This document shows, piece after piece, positions 56,671-64,000 of a stretch of DNA of 64,000 nucleotides; the first letter of the stretch is position 1, and each line of letters starts with the position of its first letter. Origin of the DNA: Octopus sinensis (taxonomy: Eukaryota); the NCBI RefSeq assembly GCF_006345805.1, contig NC_043023.1:12896001-12960000 (forward strand), written 5' to 3'. The translations under genes and the position numbers were made by a program. The notes beneath the pieces are model-generated. The model saw only the letters and a list, made by a program, of their open reading frames with translations. It was not told where the DNA came from and ran no database searches.

Positions 56671-57226
56671 CATCATCATTGTATAACATCTGTTTTCCCT
56701 GCTAGCATGGGTTGGACGGTTGACTGGGGTCTGGGAAGCCAGGAGGCTGCACCAGGTTGCAGTCTGATCTGGAAGTGTTTCTACAGATGGATGCCCTTCC
56801 TAAACGCCAACCACTCTGTGAGTGCAGTGGATGCTTTCTACGTGCCACCGGTACAGGGGCCAGGGGAGGCTGGCATCGGCCACGATCGCTCGGTGCTTCT
56901 TACGTGCCACCGGCACGGAAGCCAGTTGAGGCGGTAATGGCAACGGCCACGTTCGGATGGTGCTTTTTACGTGCCACCGGCACGGGGTCAAGCTAGACTG
57001 GCAATGGCCACGATCGGATAGTGCGTTTTACGATCCACCAGCACTGTTATCACAGGTACAATTTCCACTGATGTTGATTGATTTCGATTTTGATTCTGAT
57101 TCTCACTTGCCTCAACAGGTCTTCAGAAGTAGAGTTTTGTGTCCCAGGAAGGTAAGGTATGCAAAAGTGGACTGGCTACATCCCAGGTAGAGGCCATGGG
57201 TTGTGGTCTCACTTGTCCTGCCGGGT
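56671..57226 (-). mobile_element. RTE LINE 3' tail in ZNF9 3' UTR
   Basis: Same homology and boundary. Confidence 0.9.
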
Positions 57227-57255
57227 TGTAATATATTTTGATACTGATACTGTTA

Positions 57256-58239
<984 letters not shown>

Positions 58240-59327
58240 TTATACATACCACAATGATAGTATCTGTTTCATTTCTATGAATGTTTGTGTTCAAATGCAT
58301 CAGAGAATAATTAAATGTTATGTTACTTTCATTGGTGATCTTGCTTAATATCTAAAACAGAAGATATAAATTGGTTAACTCTTTTGTAAAGTTACTCAAA
58401 CTTAACCTGTAGGTTCATCATCATCTCTACATTCCAGATGGCAAATAACATGTTGCTCTTAATTCCATCATCCAGAAGAAATATTTCCCCATCGTTCGTT
58501 GAAGAATTTATTTATATAAAGAAGCTGATCTTTTGATGAATGTGTCTTATGAATATATGGTCTTCCTTTAATTGATGAAAGTCAATAAAAATATCAGACA
58601 CACATCTGAATGAAGAAATTTCTTTTAAATCAACATGGTATGATATTCTGAAATAGGAAAAAAATTCATTTCTATGAATATATTTGTGTTGCTATTTTCA
58701 GAGAATAATATAATGCTATGCTTCTTTCATCTGTGATTTTGCTTCATATCTAAATCAAGAGGTGACAATTGTCTACACCTTTGTAAAGTTATCCAAGCTT
58801 AATAAACCTGTAAAACAATCATCTCCTCTATATTCCAGACAGCAAAGACTTCAAATTGTTGCTGTTAATTCCATCGTCCAGAAGAAATATTTTGCTGTTG
58901 TTTTTCACAGATTTCCTTTATAAGATGAGTTTGATGTATTGATGAATGCTCCTTATAAATATATCATCTTCCTTTGGTTGATGGGAGCTGATAAAATATC
59001 AGAGGCACATCTGAATGAAGTAATTTCTTTCATATCAACAGGATGTTATATTCTGAAATAGAAAAAAAAAGAAGCAGTGAGATAAAGAGAATCATTAAAC
59101 GACATAGTAATTCAACATTGCAAATCTTACAACATCAACACTGTCATCCATTTAATGTCTATGTTTGCAGGGGTCAGAATCCATTGAGGCATTGAAACTT
59201 TTACAACATTCTGTATAGAGATTTCTCTATTGTTCTGCCATGGGAAAAATTTTGGTGATGGGTTAATTAAAATTTTGGCAAGGATGCATCCAATCTACTT
59301 CAAGATTCACTACAAATATATTTGTAT

Positions 59328-59368
<41 letters not shown>

Positions 59369-60388
59369 CAAGTATTAAGAGAGGTACCACATGTGGTCAC
59401 TCTAACGTTAGAAATAGATCCGCAAAGGGAATCCACCACTAAAGAATTGTTCTCAAGCATTAATTCAACACGCCAAGAATGTAAGCGGGCAGGACAAATG
59501 AAAAATAACGAAAAAATGGATTAACTCTATACAATTGTTTCATCGTTAATAGATTGTGTAATTTTACTTACAAATCATTTTCGAATCATCGGTAGAGTAT
59601 ATCAAAAACATAATTTGCTGAACCAAACGCCAAAATCCATACGAAATTGATGTTATTTATTAATATTCAATTTCTTTCACCCTTACACACACACATATAT
59701 GTATACATAATAATACATATATATGCATAAATACATACGTATACGTACATACGTTTGTTTATATTCGCGAGTGCCCGTTCTGCGTATTTTATTTTTTAGT
59801 ATAAAATAGTTAAAAAAATAGATTAATCTTTCTAATTTTCTCCATACTTTATGTATTCTGGATATATTTCCCATTTCCTAACTTTTTCTCACAAGTAAGC
59901 GTCATTATCTTGGAGAGGTGCGCGGTACTACTAGCGAACAGTGGTCCCGGTGCGCGCACTCACGCATCCGTGCTAGCTAGTCGTAAGTAGTCGATCCTAC
60001 GACTTTTTAACCCTAACCTTAGTTTGTTTACAAAAATAACGTATTTACTTAGTTTCAAAAATTGTAGGATCGACTACTTACGACTAGCAAGCGCGGATAC
60101 GCGAGTGCTCACACCGGGACCACTGTTCGCTAGTAGTACCTTATCATTATTGGTATTATCATCATCATTACAGCCTTAAAATAAATCTTTGTCAACTTAC
60201 CGTATTCAAATACAAACAACGAGTCAGTGATCGTTAATTAAGCACCTTAATTAATTAATTAAGGAAAGTTATATCCCTTTATATGGTTATAGTTCTTCAA
60301 TTTTCTATGACTGGTTCGTTTCGTTCCGGTGTCTTCTTTGTCCCATTCCGTCAACGATTTTACCTTCAAAGTAATATAGAATATATAC

Positions 60389-60548
60389 ACTCACATATTC
60401 TAATCTACGACCGTTTCCAGCGCACGAACTGGACCCCGTCGCAGACACCGAAAGAAAGAAGGCATCTTTGACTTATATCTTCCTGATGTGACGTCAGGCC
60501 GTTGCACTTCCGATCCGTTTCTGACGTCATTTTCTCTCCTGTCCAATC
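60389..60548 (-). promoter_or_regulatory. Promoter + exon 1 of ZNF9
   Basis: Same motif set, donor at 60394. Confidence 0.7.
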
Positions 60549-63500
60549 ATTGTCCTTCCTTCACACTTCTCTCTCAACTAAAGAACAATGCTTGGATACC
60601 TTTTGGGGATCTTTTCGGTTTGACCGGCAGTTTTTTAAAATAATTTCCACGTAACTAAACACTTTTAAACTTCGTATACTAGTAGAATGTGTTTATAAAA
60701 CATCTTTTTCTCTTGGCTTTATTGAGAAAATTCTACTGTTTGTAAGATATTTGTTGTTTTTTTTCTTCAATTTCTGCAATTTGAACCAATCACTGACGTT
60801 TATTGAGGTAAAAAAACATTCTGTGCCGTATGAATATGTCCCTCGTTTAAGAAACAGATTTGGTTTATTTATATTTGTGAAAAAAAAATATACCCTTCCC
60901 CTAAAACAGATTGAAATGCAATAGATCGATACTAGGGTCGTAATTATGGGTGACAATTTCATATGGCACCACTAGAAAAAACTGCCGTTCAAACCGAAAA
61001 GATCCGTTTTCACTTCTATATGATTACTTTAACATCGAAGGGTTCACATAATCCCATTATTTACTGGCAGGGTCACTAGCACGCCAGACAAAATGCTTCA
61101 CAATATTTCATTCGTCAATAGCTTTGTTGAGGGATCTTTTCCTTTTGAACGGCAGTTTTCAACACAATTTCTAGTTAACTAAACACTTTAAAACTTCGTA
61201 TACTGGTAGAATGTGTGAAAATAAAACATTTTTTTTGTCTTGGCTTTCTTGAGAAAATTGTAATTTGAAAGTTTAACGTAGTTTAATTTTTCGAATTTTA
61301 ACCAATCCTATGCCCTCTATTTAGCTGAAGTCATTTGCTGCGTCTAAAACTGAGACAACATCCTGTCACTAACCTTAACCCTAACCCTCACCCTCACCCA
61401 AAATTTTAGCCTTTCATTTTTTTTTTTTTAATTGTTAAATTAATTTAAGGATAACAATTATAAAAAAAAAAATGAAAGGCTAAAATAAAAGCAATGGAAA
61501 ATAATTTAAACAATTAACAAACAAAATAATTCTATAGGATGTTGTCTTAGTTTTAAATGCAGCAAATGATTTTAGCTCAATAGAGGAGATTCATTGGTTA
61601 AAATTCGAAAAATTAACCTACGTTAAACTTACAAATTACAAATTTCTCAAGAAAGCCAAGAGAAGAAAATGTTTTATTTTGACACATTCTACCAGTATAT
61701 TAAGTTTAAAAGTGTGTAGTTAACTAGAAATTGTATTGAAAACTGGCCATCAAAAGGAAAAGATCCTTGTTGAGCTATACATTAAAATAATCAGGAACAA
61801 GGGCATGTCGGTCTATAGCTTCTTTTGCTACACAGTGTGAGGGTGGCTACCATCGACCATTTAATTCTCCAAAACACCTCTCTCGACTAAACAGACATTC
61901 CATTTTTACGGACGAACCACAAGGAAAATCCCTGTCTACTTTGCTCTCGAAGCAGGAATTCCATGGAGGTCGACTTTGCCTTTAATCCCTTCAGCGTTGA
62001 CGGATTAAATACCAGTAATCCACTATCCGCTCCCCACAAGAATTCGGCCCTTCTGCCTAGTGTAGAAAACATTTTATTTTTATCATTATTCATCGACACC
62101 GAAACGAATGAACGTCGAAGCCGTCCATGGCAGAAACTCCTGACTTCAAATACGGCCAAGGTCGACTTTGTCTTTCAACCCTTTCAGGAAATACTGGGTT
62201 CTATGTATTCAACTTCCGGCTCACATGACAAAAATTACTGGCCTTAGCCAAAATTTGAAACCATCATCATCGTTACTATTATTAATATAACCTTAAAGTA
62301 AGTCATTATCAACTCACCAATTAATTAGTGCCTCTTAAGCAACAGGGCAACGTTAATTAATGTGATATTCTTCAATCGGTTTCCCCTCATTTTACTAATT
62401 AATTATGCTACATTACACCCACTTTAGATGTCAATTTACCTTATATCACATGGAACAGTCAATCATAGGTTTTCATAAACAACGGATCAACATTTCAGTT
62501 TGGAAGTTATTAATTAAGGCGAGCAAATTATATTTTCTTAATTGTTGTCAGGTTCCCGCCTCGAAAAATAATTACTGTAACATCGAGAGGTTCACAGAAT
62601 TCTATTATTTACATTATTATTATTATTATTAGTAGCAGTAGTAGTATTATCACCTTTACAGCCTTAAAGTAAATCTTTATCAACTTACCGTATTCACAAA
62701 TAAGCAACGAGTCAGTGAATCAGTAATTAAGCACCTTAATTAAGAATTTAATTGTTGAACCGGGGTTGAAATGTAGCAGAAGTTATTTCCCTTTACATGG
62801 TTGTCTTCTTTCAGTTCTCCAATAGGTGGCTCTACTGACTTGTGGGATTCGTTGTAGTTTCCTCTTTGTCCCTTTCTGTCAAGAACTTCACTTTCAAGGG
62901 TTTTCAAATTTTTACAAGATTCTTTCAATAAAGTGTACTCACACATTCGGATCTTTTCGGTTTGAACGGCAGTTTTTTCTTGCAGTGTCATATGAAATTG
63001 TCACCCATAATTATGACCCTAGTATCGATCTGTTGCATTTAAATCTGTTTTAGGTTTAGGGATGGGGGGGGGGGAAAGCTATCTTTTTTTCTCCACAAAT
63101 GTAAATAAACCCAATCTGTTTCTTAAACGAGGGACATATTCATACGGCACAGAATGTTTTTTACCTCAATGGACGTCTTAAGGGGATACAGCCTAAGAAA
63201 GCAAGCAAAATCTGAGTGGAACCTGGAGCAGCACTCTGGCTTGCCAGCTCAGACTTTCCCACCCAAACCTGCAAAGAAAATGGACACTGAAGAAGAAGAA
63301 GAAGGAAGATGATGATGATGATGATGATGAAAACACAACAAAGACAAAATCAATGTCACTCAAAACTTTTATTCCTTAATCCCATTCCTTTATTCTCTCA
63401 TAACAAATTCCTCAAAAATCCAGGACAATCATCTTCAGAAACCAAAGTCATCTCTGTGTTGATGTATTTAGATATGTAAATGATATTGAAGTTGAGATTC

Positions 63501-63600
63501 ATGAATTTCATGTTGACATCCAGGAAACTGAAGTTGATAATGTCAAGCTTGAAGAGGAATAAACCCTGTTTTTAGCAGACAAAATATTCATAATTCTTCT

Positions 63601-64000
63601 CATCATCATCATTTAGCGTCCGCTTTCCATGCTAGCATGGGTTGGACGGTTCAACTGGGGTCTGGGAAGCCAGAAGGCTGCACCTGGCCCAGTCTGATCT
63701 GGCAATGTTTCTACGGCTGGATGCCCTTCCTAACGCCAACCACTCCATGAGTGTAGGGGGTGCTTTTTACGTGCCACCATTACAGGTGCCAGGCGAGACT
63801 GGCAAGGGCTACGATCGGATGGTGCTTTTTACATGCCACCAGCACTGGTATCACAGCTGCAATTTCCATTGATGTTGGTTTATTTTGATTTTGATTCTGA
63901 TTCTCACTTGCCTCAACAAGTCTTCACAAGTAGAGTTTTGTGTCCCAAGAAGGAAAGGTATGCATAAGTGGACTGGCTACATCCCAGGTAGAGGCCATTG
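63601..64000 (-). mobile_element. RTE LINE 3' tail marking the 3' end of ZNF10 (gene expected beyond the window)
   Basis: Near-copy of the ZNF1 tail (3610-4008). The window ends just before the expected stop codon. Confidence 0.8.

Overview
Eukaryotic, AT-rich, repeat-dense DNA, most likely from an octopus or other coleoid cephalopod. That taxon call is inferred from the [16 protein letters not shown] finger style and the SINE/RTE repeats, not from a database search. The window is a tandem cluster of KRAB-less C2H2 zinc-finger (ZNF) genes, all on the minus strand, in units of roughly 3-12 kb. Ten loci are visible, numbered ZNF1-10 left to right. Five have long ORFs plus promoter and splice acceptor (ZNF2, 12 fingers; ZNF3, 16; ZNF5, 20; ZNF6, 18; ZNF9, 9). 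Four are pseudogenes (ZNF1, 4, 7, 8), and for ZNF10 only the 3' tail is in the window. The inferred gene model is a CRE-ETS-CRE-CCAAT promoter, a short non-coding exon 1, a repeat-filled intron of 1.3-4.7 kb, and one large exon 2. Exon 2 holds a fossil leader, the finger array and a 3' UTR made from the 3' end of an RTE LINE. A 5'-truncated RTE LINE (RT plus a PHD-like finger) disrupts ZNF7. Other passengers are tRNA-derived SINEs, a non-autonomous Helitron, a probable solo LTR, several foldback MITEs and a 491-bp concatemer with an inverted arm. The most notable features are: (1) every ZNF gene carries the same sense-oriented RTE 3' tail ending in (ATG)n; (2) two independent RTE insertions hit the same base of the finger repeat (TGTGAT^ATC); (3) the current start codon appears to have arisen inside a decayed finger, downstream of two fossil copies of an older N-terminal region.
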